From NCBI GenBank assembly GCA_965216325.1, contig OZ244160.1, positions 2,944,001 through 3,008,000 of the forward strand: DNA of 64,000 nucleotides, read 5' to 3'. Each line of letters starts with the position of its first letter. The stretch's first letter is position 1. The notes under the pieces are model-generated. The model worked only from the letters and a program-made list of their open reading frames with translations. It made no database searches and was not told where the DNA came from. The stretch comes from Coraliomargarita sp. Its GTDB lineage: Bacteria; Verrucomicrobiota; Verrucomicrobiia; Opitutales; Coraliomargaritaceae. Position numbers and translations under genes: made by a program. Positions 43,514 through 55,253 of this stretch are shown piece by piece.

Positions 43514-44587
43514 CTAGTCGAGCAAGACCAGATTGTCACGGTGCACGAGGACTCCTGCGCATTCACCGCTAAGTGCAGCTTCAACTGCTTCGGCGTTCAG
43601 CTGCACTTGACCTTGTGCGATGATCGTTCCGTCTTCGGTCGTGATTGCCACGACGTCACCTTCTTCGAAATGGCCTTCACTCTGGCGCACCCCAGCCGTG
43701 AGTAGGCTCTTGCCTGATTGTTGGATCGCATCTGCAGCGCCTGCATCAATCGCGAGTGTGCCGTGCATGTTGTCCTGAATGGCGATCCAGCGCTTGTGTG
43801 ATTTGACGGGTTCGGTACTGGGCACGAAGTAGGTGCCAACGCTTTGGCCGTCTAAAAGTTTTTCGAACAGTTCGGCATCGGTGCCACTGCCAATGATGAC
43901 ACCACAGCCTGCACGATGCGCAATCTTAGCAGCTGAGAGCTTGCTGATCATGCCACCCACGGAGGTGGTGTGTTTGGTGCCCTGGGCCATCGCTTCAATC
44001 TCTGCGGTCATCTTTTCGACGCGTTGCACAACTTCACCAGTGCCTTGCATGTCGATGAGTCCTGGTATGTTGGACAGGATAAACAGCTGATCTGCGTTGA
44101 TGATGCTCGCAACCAAGGCGGATAGGGTGTCGTTGTCGCCAAACTTGATTTCGGCTGCGCTGACAGTGTCATTCTCGTTGACTATGGGCACCGCTCCGTG
44201 AGCGAGCAGGCGCTCGACGGTATTGAAGATTGCGTTATGGCGATGCTTTGCGCGTAAGTCTTCGCGTGTGAGCAGGATCTGTGCGACGGTAATGTCGTGC
44301 GGGTTAAAGCTCTTCTGCCAAGTATTGATGAGTACGCTTTGGCCAACCGACGCGCAGGCTTGTAAGGTGGCGAGGTCCTTCGGGCGCTTCTCCAGCTTGA
44401 GTTTGCCCATGCCGAGGCCGACTGCGCCGGAGCTGACGATTACCACTTCGATGCCACGCTCACGCAGTGCAACGACTTGCTTGCAGAGTGTGTCAATGCG
44501 CTGTGTATCCAAATCACCAATGCCAGTGGTGAGAACACCTGTGCCAAGTTTAATGACGACGCGCTTCGCTTGTGCGAGAGGAACCAT
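43514..44587 (-). CDS. proB: Glutamate 5-kinase
   Basis: KLGT, SSGAVG, NENDTV, FGDND and GGMISKL motifs, plus a PUA domain. Confidence 0.95.
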   Translation of the reverse strand: MVPLAQAKRVVIKLGTGVLTTGIGDLDTQRIDTLCKQVVALRERGIEVVIVSSGAVGLGMGKLKLEKRPKDLATLQACASVGQSVLINTWQKSFNPHDITVAQILLTREDLRAKHRHNAIFNTVERLLAHGAVPIVNENDTVSAAEIKFGDNDTLSALVASIINADQLFILSNIPGLIDMQGTGEVVQRVEKMTAEIEAMAQGTKHTTSVGGMISKLSAAKIAHRAGCGVIIGSGTDAELFEKLLDGQSVGTYFVPSTEPVKSHKRWIAIQDNMHGTLAIDAGAADAIQQSGKSLLTAGVRQSEGHFEEGDVVAITTEDGTIIAQGQVQLNAEAVEAALSGECAGVLVHRDNLVLLD

Positions 44588-44596
44588 TTATAAAAA

Positions 44597-44673
44597 GGAT
44601 AGGGACGTTTGCCCTTAAGTGTCCGCAGTCATTTAGATCAACCTGCGGACGTCTGAGGGCAGACGTCCCTACC
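44597..44673. repeat. GTAG-type REPIN
   Basis: The right arm reverse complement is GGTAGGGACGTCTGCCCTCAGACGTCCGC, the same family as 9365. Confidence 0.8.
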
Positions 44674-44681
44674 AATCAAAA

Positions 44682-45239
44682 TTAAACTTTCTTCAGGTCA
44701 GCTTCCTTCTTGGAGAGCTGCTCGTTGATTTGAGTGATGAACTTGTCGTGCTCAGTTTGGATCTCTTTTTCGTGACGCTTGACGTCGTCTTCGGAGAGGC
44801 CGTCGTCCTTAGCCGACTTCAGTAGATCCAGTGCATCGCGGCGTGCTTGGCGGATGCGAACACGACCGTCTTCTGCCATGCTGCCTGCTTGCTTCGCGAG
44901 CTCTGCCCGGCGCTCACCAGTCAATTCTGGGACCGGCACGCGGAGGATACCGCCGTCAACGAGTGGGTTGAAGCCGAGGTTGGCGTCGATGATGCCCTTT
45001 TCGACATCCTTGATGATGCTCTTGTCCCAAGGTTGCACAACGATGGTGCGCGCGTCGGGAGTCGTCACCGCAGCGACCTCCTGAAGTGAGGAGCTAGCTC
45101 CATAAGCTTCCACCTTGACGCTATCCAGCATGGCAGGGCTGGCCTTGCCGGTGTGGAGGCTGTTGAACTGGCTGAGTGTGTAGTCGACTGCCTTCTTAAG
45201 GTCGGCAGCGAGAGATGACATGATTTCGTTGGGTTCCAT
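44682..45239 (-). CDS. frr: Ribosome recycling factor
   Basis: TGKASPAMLD, QPWD and PELTGERR motifs; downstream of pyrH. Confidence 0.96.
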   Translation of the reverse strand: MEPNEIMSSLAADLKKAVDYTLSQFNSLHTGKASPAMLDSVKVEAYGASSSLQEVAAVTTPDARTIVVQPWDKSIIKDVEKGIIDANLGFNPLVDGGILRVPVPELTGERRAELAKQAGSMAEDGRVRIRQARRDALDLLKSAKDDGLSEDDVKRHEKEIQTEHDKFITQINEQLSKKEADLKKV

Positions 45240-45263
45240 AACTTAATGTTGTGTTCGAAGTGA

Positions 45264-46007
45264 CTACTCGTTGACGAGGGTGCCGATGGTTTCACCCATG
45301 ACGGCACGGAGGATTGAGCCAGGCTCGGTCATGCTGAAGACAAGGATTGGCATCTTGTTTTCCATGCAGAGAGAGAATGCGGTCGAATCCATCACGTTGA
45401 GGCGTTGCTGGAGCGCATCAATGTAGTGGAGGTTGTCGTATTTGACCGCGTCGTTGTTCTTCGCCGGGTCCTTATCGTAAATGCCGTCGACCTTAGTTGC
45501 TTTCATGAGCATGTCGGCACCGATTTCGCTGGCGCGCAGGGCCGCACAGGTGTCAGTCGAGAAATAGGGGTTGCCGGTGCCACCGGCGAAGATCACCACG
45601 CGACCACGCTCCAAGTGGCGGGTTGCGCGGCGCAGGATGAATGGCTCCGCGAGCTTATCCATCGGGATCGCGCTCTGGAGACGCACGGTGACGTCCATCT
45701 TTTCAAGGCAGTCCATGAATGCCAGGCCGTTGATGACCGTGGACAGCATGCCCATATAGTCACCAGTTGTGCGATCCACTCCACGCACTTCCGCACCGCT
45801 GAGGCCGCGGAAAATGTTTCCACCGCCGATAACGAGGCCGACTTCGACCCCGACATCTGCGACTTTTTTAACCTCCTTGCAGATCTGCTGGAGGATTTGT
45901 GGGTCGATGGGGTCCCCATCTTTTGTGTTTCGAAGCACCTCACCGCTCAATTTAAGAACGATGCGCTTGTATTTAGGTTGTGGGCTCGTATGCTCTTCTG
46001 CGTCCAT
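45264..46007 (-). CDS. pyrH: UMP kinase
   Basis: [14 protein letters not shown] and GNPYFSTD motifs. Confidence 0.97.
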   Translation of the reverse strand: MDAEEHTSPQPKYKRIVLKLSGEVLRNTKDGDPIDPQILQQICKEVKKVADVGVEVGLVIGGGNIFRGLSGAEVRGVDRTTGDYMGMLSTVINGLAFMDCLEKMDVTVRLQSAIPMDKLAEPFILRRATRHLERGRVVIFAGGTGNPYFSTDTCAALRASEIGADMLMKATKVDGIYDKDPAKNNDAVKYDNLHYIDALQQRLNVMDSTAFSLCMENKMPILVFSMTEPGSILRAVMGETIGTLVNE

Positions 46008-46083
46008 TAAAGCAGGGTTTAAACCGCTTTTTTACGAACTCGTCAACCTATGGATTTATTCAAAAAAATATTTAATACAGGGC

Positions 46084-46111
46084 TTGACGAGTACGGCTCG
46101 AGTTCTACTCT
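46084..46111 (+). promoter_or_regulatory. Probable sigma70 promoter of tRNA-Gln
   Basis: TTGACG-16 nt-TACTCT just upstream of the tRNA. Confidence 0.5.
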
Positions 46112-46124
46112 TCGCCACTTCTTT

Positions 46125-46204
<80 letters not shown>

Positions 46205-46234
46205 AAAACCTCTTGAGTAATTAAGGGGTTTTTT
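46205..46234 (+). terminator. Terminator after tRNA-Gln
   Basis: aaaacctcttga...ttaaggggtttttt. Confidence 0.6.
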
Positions 46235-46283
46235 AGTGCCTGAATACTAAGGGCTTCGGGGGCAATTTGGAGCTGTTGATACT

Positions 46284-46313
46284 AAAAAAGCCTGTGCGAG
46301 ATGCACAGGCTTT
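46284..46313 (-). terminator. Terminator of the substrate-binding protein gene
   Basis: aaaaaagcctgtgc-gagat-gcacaggcttt. Confidence 0.75.
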
Positions 46314-46337
46314 AGAACGGTCGATTGCGATGATCGC

Positions 46338-47348
46338 TTAGAAGGTGCGCTTGAAGAGGCGCATGCCTTGTGGATCGACGTATTCGTATTGAATCGCCTC
46401 GAGTTCCTCATCTGGCACGTTGTCCCAATCTTCATAGAGCTTGCCGTTAATCCAATAGCGCTTGCGATTTTCAACCTTATCCATGGTGCGGTCGGTGTAG
46501 CTGTAATCGTAAGCAGTGACTGACGCCTGAGGACCGACTTTTTCTCCGCCCAGAACCAGTTCGGTGATCCCGTCGCCATCAACGTCGGCACGAATCGAGC
46601 TTAGGCGTAGGATTCGGTTGTAACTGCCGTCTGCGAGCATGATTCGGATTTGCTTGTTGAAGCTGGTAATGATTGCTTGTGCACCAGGGATATCCTTGCG
46701 AATTGCAAGATAGAGGGGGTTGACCGCGAGAGGTTTGCTGCCGACCGCGACTTTCTCTTCGGGCTTGGTGTTGTGCTCTTTGGCGAGGTGGGAAAGCAGT
46801 AGCTCGTCGACGAGTGCGTAGTCTGCGTGGCCATTGAGAACTGCGACAATGTTGTCGATGTCATTGGCGCCATAGCCGATGAGCACGCCCTGGGCCGAGT
46901 CTAGGATGTTGCCGTATGCATAGCCCTTTACCAGAATCAGCTTTTTGCCAGCTAGTTCGGAGAGGCTGTCGACATCTACTTTGCTACCTTTCTGGCCGAT
47001 CAGAATTAGGCGGTTTTCCAAGTAAGGTTCTGAGAATAGCAAGAATTCCGCGCGTTCGTCGCTATACCACATCGCGCCGCAGCCATCATATTTGCCAGCC
47101 TTGAGGTCGGCTGGAACAGTCCAGCTCTCAAGAATCTCGGTTTTAGGTTTAATGCCTGCGCGCCCGAGTGCGCTGTGCACTAAGTCGATGGCAAAGCGTG
47201 TCTTTTGAAATTCGTCGGTGAAGGGTTGCCACACATCTGAGGCCATCGTGAGTGAGGTGGCTTGTGCTTCGTCAGCAGCATGTACGTAGATGGAAGTGGT
47301 GAGGGTCAGGCCGAACGTGGCCAAGGCGCACAGTAGTTTCGCTTTCAT
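46338..47348 (-). CDS. Periplasmic substrate-binding protein (family 3-like) with a C-terminal extension
   Basis: Signal peptide, and WQPF, ERAEFLLFSEPY and GSYNRIL motifs. Confidence 0.75.
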   Translation of the reverse strand: MKAKLLCALATFGLTLTTSIYVHAADEAQATSLTMASDVWQPFTDEFQKTRFAIDLVHSALGRAGIKPKTEILESWTVPADLKAGKYDGCGAMWYSDERAEFLLFSEPYLENRLILIGQKGSKVDVDSLSELAGKKLILVKGYAYGNILDSAQGVLIGYGANDIDNIVAVLNGHADYALVDELLLSHLAKEHNTKPEEKVAVGSKPLAVNPLYLAIRKDIPGAQAIITSFNKQIRIMLADGSYNRILRLSSIRADVDGDGITELVLGGEKVGPQASVTAYDYSYTDRTMDKVENRKRYWINGKLYEDWDNVPDEELEAIQYEYVDPQGMRLFKRTF

Positions 47349-47495
47349 TTATGTTGGAGTCGGTGGTGGTTTGTTCGCACCCTGACTGTTAGCGGGTTTG
47401 AGCTGTGATTCAAGGTTTATGCATGCTTTGTGACGATTCGGGCGGAGATGAGCTTCGCACTTGTCTAACGCAGGATCTGCTGGTCCTTTGGAGGG

Positions 47496-48260
47496 ATGCG
47501 ACGACCTCTGTTTTATTCTCTATTACTGTTGAGCTACTTCTTTATTGCGAGTGCTGAAGAGGCCCCTGCCGTTGCTCGTGAAACGCTTGGGATTTCTGAA
47601 TCGATCCAGCCGCGTTATGAGGGGGCCTACTGGTTTTACAAGAGTCTCTATTTTGAGGGGGGAAGGGCTGTCTCCAATGGCACGACTAAGGAAGAAGTGG
47701 TTCAGGTGCTTGAGCTGGATGGCATGGCATGCTGGAAGGTTCAGCTGACGATGGACTGGCGCTCCTTGTTTGATCGGCTCGCAGGGGAAAAGCTCATGGA
47801 GCACGATTTCGCCTATTTCTGGGAGTTTTTTGATACCAAGGGCAGTTACCATTTTGCGGATTGGGATGAGGATACCGACCAGATGTTGACGCCGCAGCGC
47901 TTGAAGGATTTTGCGCTGACATTGCAGTATCCGGTAGAGGCTGGACACTCGTATGAGGCGGACGGTGAACGCTGGAAAGTGCTTGAGCTGGAGAAGTTGG
48001 TTAATGTGCCCGCAGGAGAGTTTTCCTGTGTGGTGTATCAATCCTTTTACGAGGACCCCGACGATCCTGAGTATAACATGCGCAGCCGCTTCTATATGGC
48101 TAAGGGAGTTGGGATGGTTCGCTACGAGTCTGACAGCTGGATTGATGGTAGCTGGAAACTCGACATGCAGGACAGTTTGATTAAATACGACCTCAAGCTT
48201 ACATCCACCGAAACCGAAACCGAAACCGAAATTGAAACCGGAAACGCTACGCAGGAGTAG
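47496..48260 (+). CDS. Secreted hypothetical protein
   Basis: Signal peptide, VNVPAGEF..C..V and YMAKGVGMVR pattern, and an (ACCGAA)n-encoded TE tail. Confidence 0.7.
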   Translation: MRRPLFYSLLLLSYFFIASAEEAPAVARETLGISESIQPRYEGAYWFYKSLYFEGGRAVSNGTTKEEVVQVLELDGMACWKVQLTMDWRSLFDRLAGEKLMEHDFAYFWEFFDTKGSYHFADWDEDTDQMLTPQRLKDFALTLQYPVEAGHSYEADGERWKVLELEKLVNVPAGEFSCVVYQSFYEDPDDPEYNMRSRFYMAKGVGMVRYESDSWIDGSWKLDMQDSLIKYDLKLTSTETETETEIETGNATQE

Positions 48261-48269
48261 CCCCCTGAC

Positions 48270-49082
48270 ATGCCGGAGTTACCTGAAGTTGAGACGACGC
48301 GTGCGGGCATTGAGCCGCACGTTAAAGGGCAGCGGATTCGCTCGATTAATGTGCATCAGCGGCAACTACGTTGGCCGGTCCCAGATGCGGTGCAGCACGC
48401 GGAGGGGTGTGAAATTTTGGCTGTCAGAAGGCGTGCGAAGTATCTTCTGCTGGAGACGCCGGTAGGGACGATCGTCATGCATCTGGGGATGTCAGGTAGC
48501 TTGACTGTTCAGGATGTTGAAAAGCCCTTGGAAAAGCATGACCACTTGGATATTGTTTTGGACTCGGGGCGCTGCCTCAGGCTGAACGATCCGCGGCGAT
48601 TTGGTGCCTGCCTGTGGCAAGGAGCTGAGGATCCGGAGCTGAAGCTCTTGCAGGACTTGGGCCCAGAACCATTGACTGATGACTTCGATGGCGAGCGACT
48701 CTTTGTGCGATCACGAAACAGGACGGTCGCCGTTAAGAATTTCATTATGACCAATTCTGTTGTCGTCGGGGTCGGCAATATTTATGCGAACGAGGCTCTG
48801 TTTCTATCTGGCATCGATCCGCGCAAAGCGGCGGGGCGCATTAGTCGTCCTAAATATCTGGCGCTGGCCAACAATATCAAAGTCGTCTTGGCGCGTGCGA
48901 TCGAGATGGGCGGCACCACATTACGTGATTTTTTGGGGGCGGACGGCAAACCGGGCTACTTCCGGATTGAGTTGAATGTTTACGGTAAGGCTGGAGAGCC
49001 ATGCCCAACGTGTGGGACTGCGATTCGCTCCATTATGATTGGTCAGCGTAACAGTTTTTACTGTGCGAAGTGCCAACGCTAG
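48270..49082 (+). CDS. mutM: Formamidopyrimidine-DNA glycosylase
   Basis: [14 protein letters not shown] and GNIYANE motifs, plus a C-terminal Zn finger. Confidence 0.97.
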   Translation: MPELPEVETTRAGIEPHVKGQRIRSINVHQRQLRWPVPDAVQHAEGCEILAVRRRAKYLLLETPVGTIVMHLGMSGSLTVQDVEKPLEKHDHLDIVLDSGRCLRLNDPRRFGACLWQGAEDPELKLLQDLGPEPLTDDFDGERLFVRSRNRTVAVKNFIMTNSVVVGVGNIYANEALFLSGIDPRKAAGRISRPKYLALANNIKVVLARAIEMGGTTLRDFLGADGKPGYFRIELNVYGKAGEPCPTCGTAIRSIMIGQRNSFYCAKCQR

Positions 49083-50485
49083 AAATCAATGACGAAGATC
49101 CCGCCCTGAGAGATGTCCTGAGCCTCGTCTTCGGTGATCCAGCGCAGTTCGTATTCGGGGCCCCAAGAGTCACTAACTGCGAGTTCGCCGGTGTCTTCGT
49201 TATATCCGACAATCAGGCAGACATGTCCTGACTCTGCGTCGGTTTTGAGCTTTGGGGACTTTTTGAGCAAGGCGGCGCGCGACTTTTCCCATTCTTTGCG
49301 ATCAGTTGCTTTCATGCGGGCTTTGGTGATCGCGTTCACGATTAGATTGTATTCATGGGTGGAATACATTGCCCAGAGCACCGGTTGGCCGTTGTCGATG
49401 TATTTGCTGACACTGTCTACCGATACGTCGCCGGAGATCTGTTGAAATTGACGGCCGGAACTGCGCACATAGTCCGCGGTGCCCTCGATGATACTACTGA
49501 TATAGGTGCCGCCCCCGATCTCAGTGCTGCCTGCCATGGCTAAGGCATACATATCGGCACGGATGCCCATGTAACGTAAGCAGCGCTCTAGCGTGGCAGG
49601 CACACAATAGCCTTTGGGGCCCTGATCGACCATGGGAATGTTGTCGATGGTGACATCGCCAAAGTCGCTTTCCTGAACATTGGCTGCGGCTGCTTTCTTT
49701 GCTCCTGTATTATTGATTTTTTCAGGGCGACCACGCTGATCGGCTAACTCTGGAGGCATGATGCGTAACGCGAGGTATTCATCTTCAACCGCTGCGAGCA
49801 GTATACTGTTATTGCCGGCATCCCAGCGCAGCGCTCGCTCTTTCATCGCCTTGCCGCCTTTGCTGCTTTGGCGCTTGGGCTTGCCCAGTGCAGCAAGACT
49901 GTTCTCGATTTGCTCGCTGTCCGATTCGATGGCTTCGTTGACTACTTTGAGGGCTTTGCGCTCGTTGTCGATCAGGTCAAGCGTCACGGAGTCACCCTTG
50001 TTGGCGAACATGATGGAGATGTAATCGACCTTGCCGTTCTGGCCATACAAGACCGCGGTATAGGGAATCGCTCCAGCGATTGGACTGCGCTTTTTAAAGT
50101 AAACTCTGAAACTGGATTGGCTTTTCGTTTTCGATTCCTGTGGCCAGTTTAGTCGATAGGCGACCTCTTGCGGTGCGTCGTCCCAAAGGTTTGCGTCGCT
50201 CCATAGTTCGATGCCAAGTAGATCATTCAGTTGTGCGTAATCGAATGCTTCTTTGCTGCTTTCCGAGTTCGTGGGTTGCGCACGCACGAGTTCCTGACTT
50301 GCCGAGTCGAGCCTGGATAAAGGAATGTCGAATTCGACCCCATCCGCGCGTCGAACGGAGACCGAGTCGTTACCCACTTTGAGGATGTCGACTTGTATGC
50401 TGCGACCTTGGGTATCCGTCAGTGTTTCGGCTGACAGTATGCATGAACTCAGGAGTAAGAGTAGGGGTAGAATGCGTTGTTTCAT
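49079..50485 (-). CDS. Secreted protein with an SHD1-like N-domain and a C39-like cysteine peptidase domain
   Basis: [22 protein letters not shown]...GHVCLIVGY...SDSWG. Confidence 0.75.
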   Translation of the reverse strand: MKQRILPLLLLLSSCILSAETLTDTQGRSIQVDILKVGNDSVSVRRADGVEFDIPLSRLDSASQELVRAQPTNSESSKEAFDYAQLNDLLGIELWSDANLWDDAPQEVAYRLNWPQESKTKSQSSFRVYFKKRSPIAGAIPYTAVLYGQNGKVDYISIMFANKGDSVTLDLIDNERKALKVVNEAIESDSEQIENSLAALGKPKRQSSKGGKAMKERALRWDAGNNSILLAAVEDEYLALRIMPPELADQRGRPEKINNTGAKKAAAANVQESDFGDVTIDNIPMVDQGPKGYCVPATLERCLRYMGIRADMYALAMAGSTEIGGGTYISSIIEGTADYVRSSGRQFQQISGDVSVDSVSKYIDNGQPVLWAMYSTHEYNLIVNAITKARMKATDRKEWEKSRAALLKKSPKLKTDAESGHVCLIVGYNEDTGELAVSDSWGPEYELRWITEDEAQDISQGGIFVIDF

Positions 50486-50491
50486 ATTCGT

Positions 50492-51475
50492 TTAACTTTT
50501 ATCTGGTGGTGTGACCAGAACACGCGTTTGCAAGCCGGCAAGATAGTCCGAGAATGGTTCGCCTGTAGGCGTATTGCGTAGCACGCGTTGCACCATGCCC
50601 ATCTTGGCATCGAGATTGTCGACCATGGAGACGAAGACGGCTTCGGGAGTGGCGGCCATTGCCGCGGCGCCCCATTCCTTTTCCCCTTGGTGACTGAGGA
50701 TGATGTGCTCCAGGCGCTCTGTGAGGTCTGCGTTGAGCTTTGACTGTATCGCTGCTTTGCGGGCGATACGGAAGCCGATGACGACGTGTCCCTGCAGGGT
50801 GCCGATGCGGCTGACCTTGGCTGCGAACTCGCCCTCATATTCCTCGAGTTTGCCCATGTCGTGGAGAATGATACCGGCGATCGCGAGATCGGGGTCTACC
50901 TCGGTGTATAGGGGCAGGAGTGCTCGTGCAGCACGCACCATGTGAGCGGAATGCTCGAGCAGGCCATTGTAATAGGCGTGGTGCATACTAACGGCAGCCG
51001 GGCATTTGCGGAAGTGGTCGCCAAGTTCGTCGAGCACGCGTTGGACCGTTTCTTTGAGCTGTGGGTGTTGTATTGCTTCGACGCCTTCCTGAATGTGGCC
51101 CCAGAGTTCTTCTTCAGACTCTGGCGGCGTCTCGATCAGATTGGCCATGATGCCTTCGGCGCTTGCGTCTTCGGCAGTGAGTGCTTCGGCGGCCTGAAGC
51201 TTGGGCGAGAAGCGGTCTTGCCAATACTCGGTCTTACCTGCAACGCGCAGAATGGAGCCCTCGGCAATCGCATCAATGGCTTTGAAGGTCTCGGAACCAT
51301 CGAAGCAGTTCGCGGTAAAGCTACCGCTGCTATCGCCTAGTTCGACGCTGAGGAAGGGGTTTCCAGTCTTGGATATCTTGGTCGTTTTGCGCCGTAGGAT
51401 AACGACTGAACGAAAAGGTGCAGCGAGTGCTGGATCGATTCCTTTAACTTCCTGAACGGTTTGGTAATCAGACAT
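50492..51475 (-). CDS. yhaM: YhaM family 3'-5' exoribonuclease (OB + HD)
   Basis: OB fold, HHAY..GLLEH, LHDMGK, ILSHQG and DNLDAK motifs. Confidence 0.85.
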   Translation of the reverse strand: MSDYQTVQEVKGIDPALAAPFRSVVILRRKTTKISKTGNPFLSVELGDSSGSFTANCFDGSETFKAIDAIAEGSILRVAGKTEYWQDRFSPKLQAAEALTAEDASAEGIMANLIETPPESEEELWGHIQEGVEAIQHPQLKETVQRVLDELGDHFRKCPAAVSMHHAYYNGLLEHSAHMVRAARALLPLYTEVDPDLAIAGIILHDMGKLEEYEGEFAAKVSRIGTLQGHVVIGFRIARKAAIQSKLNADLTERLEHIILSHQGEKEWGAAAMAATPEAVFVSMVDNLDAKMGMVQRVLRNTPTGEPFSDYLAGLQTRVLVTPPDKS

Positions 51476-51576
51476 GGCATCAGCAAAGCTGATGCCTTAG
51501 AAAGTGTAAAGGTGGGAAGGTGAAAAAGTGTTCTTCGGAGCCTGTGTCAGCAAGGGCTATGTATGCAGATTGTGTG

Positions 51577-51645
51577 TCGGGGCTCTGCTTGCGGAGCCCG
51601 CTTACGTGTTGCTGCTGACTGCGGGCGTCGCAAGTAACACCCCGA
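51577..51645. repeat. REPIN (TCGGGG variant)
   Basis: TCGGGGCTCTGCTTGCGGAGCCCGC ... GCGGGCGTCGCAAGTAACACCCCGA. Confidence 0.7.
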
Positions 51646-51668
51646 TAAGCCACATCTCTGAGGCCTGG

Positions 51669-52150
51669 CTAAAGCGCCCAGTCTTTTAAATATGCATCGC
51701 CGTAGCCAAAGTTCTCGGTGACAAAGTCAAGGTCCTTGTCACCGCGACCACTCAGGTTGACTAGAATCGTGCCGCTGTCGCGCGCCTGTGCTTCACGAAT
51801 TGCACCTGCGACTGCGTGTGAGCTTTCCAGCGCGGGAATGATGCCCTCGGTGCGGCCGAGCAGGAAGAAGGCTTCTAGGCAGTCGTCGTCCATTGCAACA
51901 TCGTAGCGCACGCGCTCAGTATCCTTCAGGTAGCTGTGTTCGGGACCCACGCCCGGGTAGTTGAGTCCACTGGCAATTGAATGCACGGGGCCAGGTTGAC
52001 CATCTTCATCTTGAAGCATATAGCACTTAAACCCATGGATGATGCCCTCGCTGCCGTGTGTCATGGTTGCGGCGTGCTCGCCCAGTTTACTACTGCGGCC
52101 ACCGGGTTCGATGCCGATCAGTTCGGCGTGATCTACGCTACACGAAGGCC
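51669..52150 (-). pseudogene. trpB: Tryptophan synthase beta chain, C-terminal remnant
   Basis: [43 protein letters not shown] and [10 protein letters not shown] are present. The N-terminal part, including the PLP lysine region, is missing. Confidence 0.85.
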
Positions 52151-52441
52151 TGCAAATTGATATTGGCCCTATTCTTGATAAATACTGCGGTGAACTTCAT
52201 TGTCGGCGGAGTCACGATCTCCATGGATCTTGTGGTGCAGCAGTATGTGGAATGGGCGATGATTCCAGTTGTATTTCTGATTGCTTCGGGTGTGTATGCA
52301 AGCTGGTTGAATGATAAGCGTGGGCGCCCGATCGGTTGGCCGAAGGCGCTAATGGTGCAGGGGATCTTTACCGCGATCATGTTTGGAATTGGCTGTGCCT
52401 TTGCGATTCCAATTCTGCTACTTGGTATCAAGTTCGGCTAA
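52150..52441 (+). pseudogene. 3' remnant of a small membrane protein gene
   Basis: Three hydrophobic helices ending at a stop before a terminator, with no convincing start; abuts the trpB remnant. Confidence 0.45.
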
Positions 52442-52460
52442 GTAGAGCTTCTTTGTGTAG

Positions 52461-52501
52461 AACCAAGGCCCCGACAAGTCATGCTTGCCGGGGCCTTGGT
52501 T
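52461..52501. terminator. Bidirectional terminator (katG / membrane remnant)
   Basis: aaccaaggcccc...ggggccttggtt. Confidence 0.75.
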
Positions 52502-52515
52502 GATATGAATTGGTC

Positions 52516-54846
<2,331 letters not shown>

Positions 54847-54911
54847 CTAGCGGAGCATACATTGCCCAGATGTCAAAAATCTGGATTTATTCCGAAGTCG
54901 TGATTGGGCAC

Positions 54912-54938
54912 AAAAAAGCCACACCGTGTGGTGTGGCT
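54912..54938 (-). terminator. Terminator of thrS-yhbY
   Basis: aaaaaagccacacc-gtgt-ggtgtggct. Confidence 0.78.
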
Positions 54939-54962
54939 GCTAAATAGAAGTAGGTAAGCTGT

Positions 54963-55253
54963 TTAGTTCTCTTCCGGCATGTCGCGGAAGAACACGCCGA
55001 CTTTGCCGACGCCGCCGACATATTGGCAGCCTTCGACTTTTTCAGTGATCTCCTGGCAGTATTGCTTGATCCATGTGCGGTCCGCATCAAAGCGAATCTT
55101 GATTAGGCCGTTCTTGGTCAGGGCCATTTCGATTTCGCCGACCACAGTCTCTGTGAGACCGTTTTTGCCGATGTGTACGTGCGGCTTGAGTCGCTGTGCA
55201 ATGCCACGGAGTTCTTTTTTCTCCGCGGTGCTAAGTGGTTTGGGCTCGTCCAT
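54963..55253 (-). CDS. yhbY: YhbY/CRM family RNA-binding protein
   Basis: LRGIAQRLKP.V.IGKNGL and LIKIR motifs. Confidence 0.85.
   Translation of the reverse strand: MDEPKPLSTAEKKELRGIAQRLKPHVHIGKNGLTETVVGEIEMALTKNGLIKIRFDADRTWIKQYCQEITEKVEGCQYVGGVGKVGVFFRDMPEEN

Noticed and set aside
48207..48243. (ACCGAA)n tandem repeat as a phase-variation tract
   Set aside because: The unit is 6 nt and in frame at the extreme C-terminus, so slippage only changes tail length.
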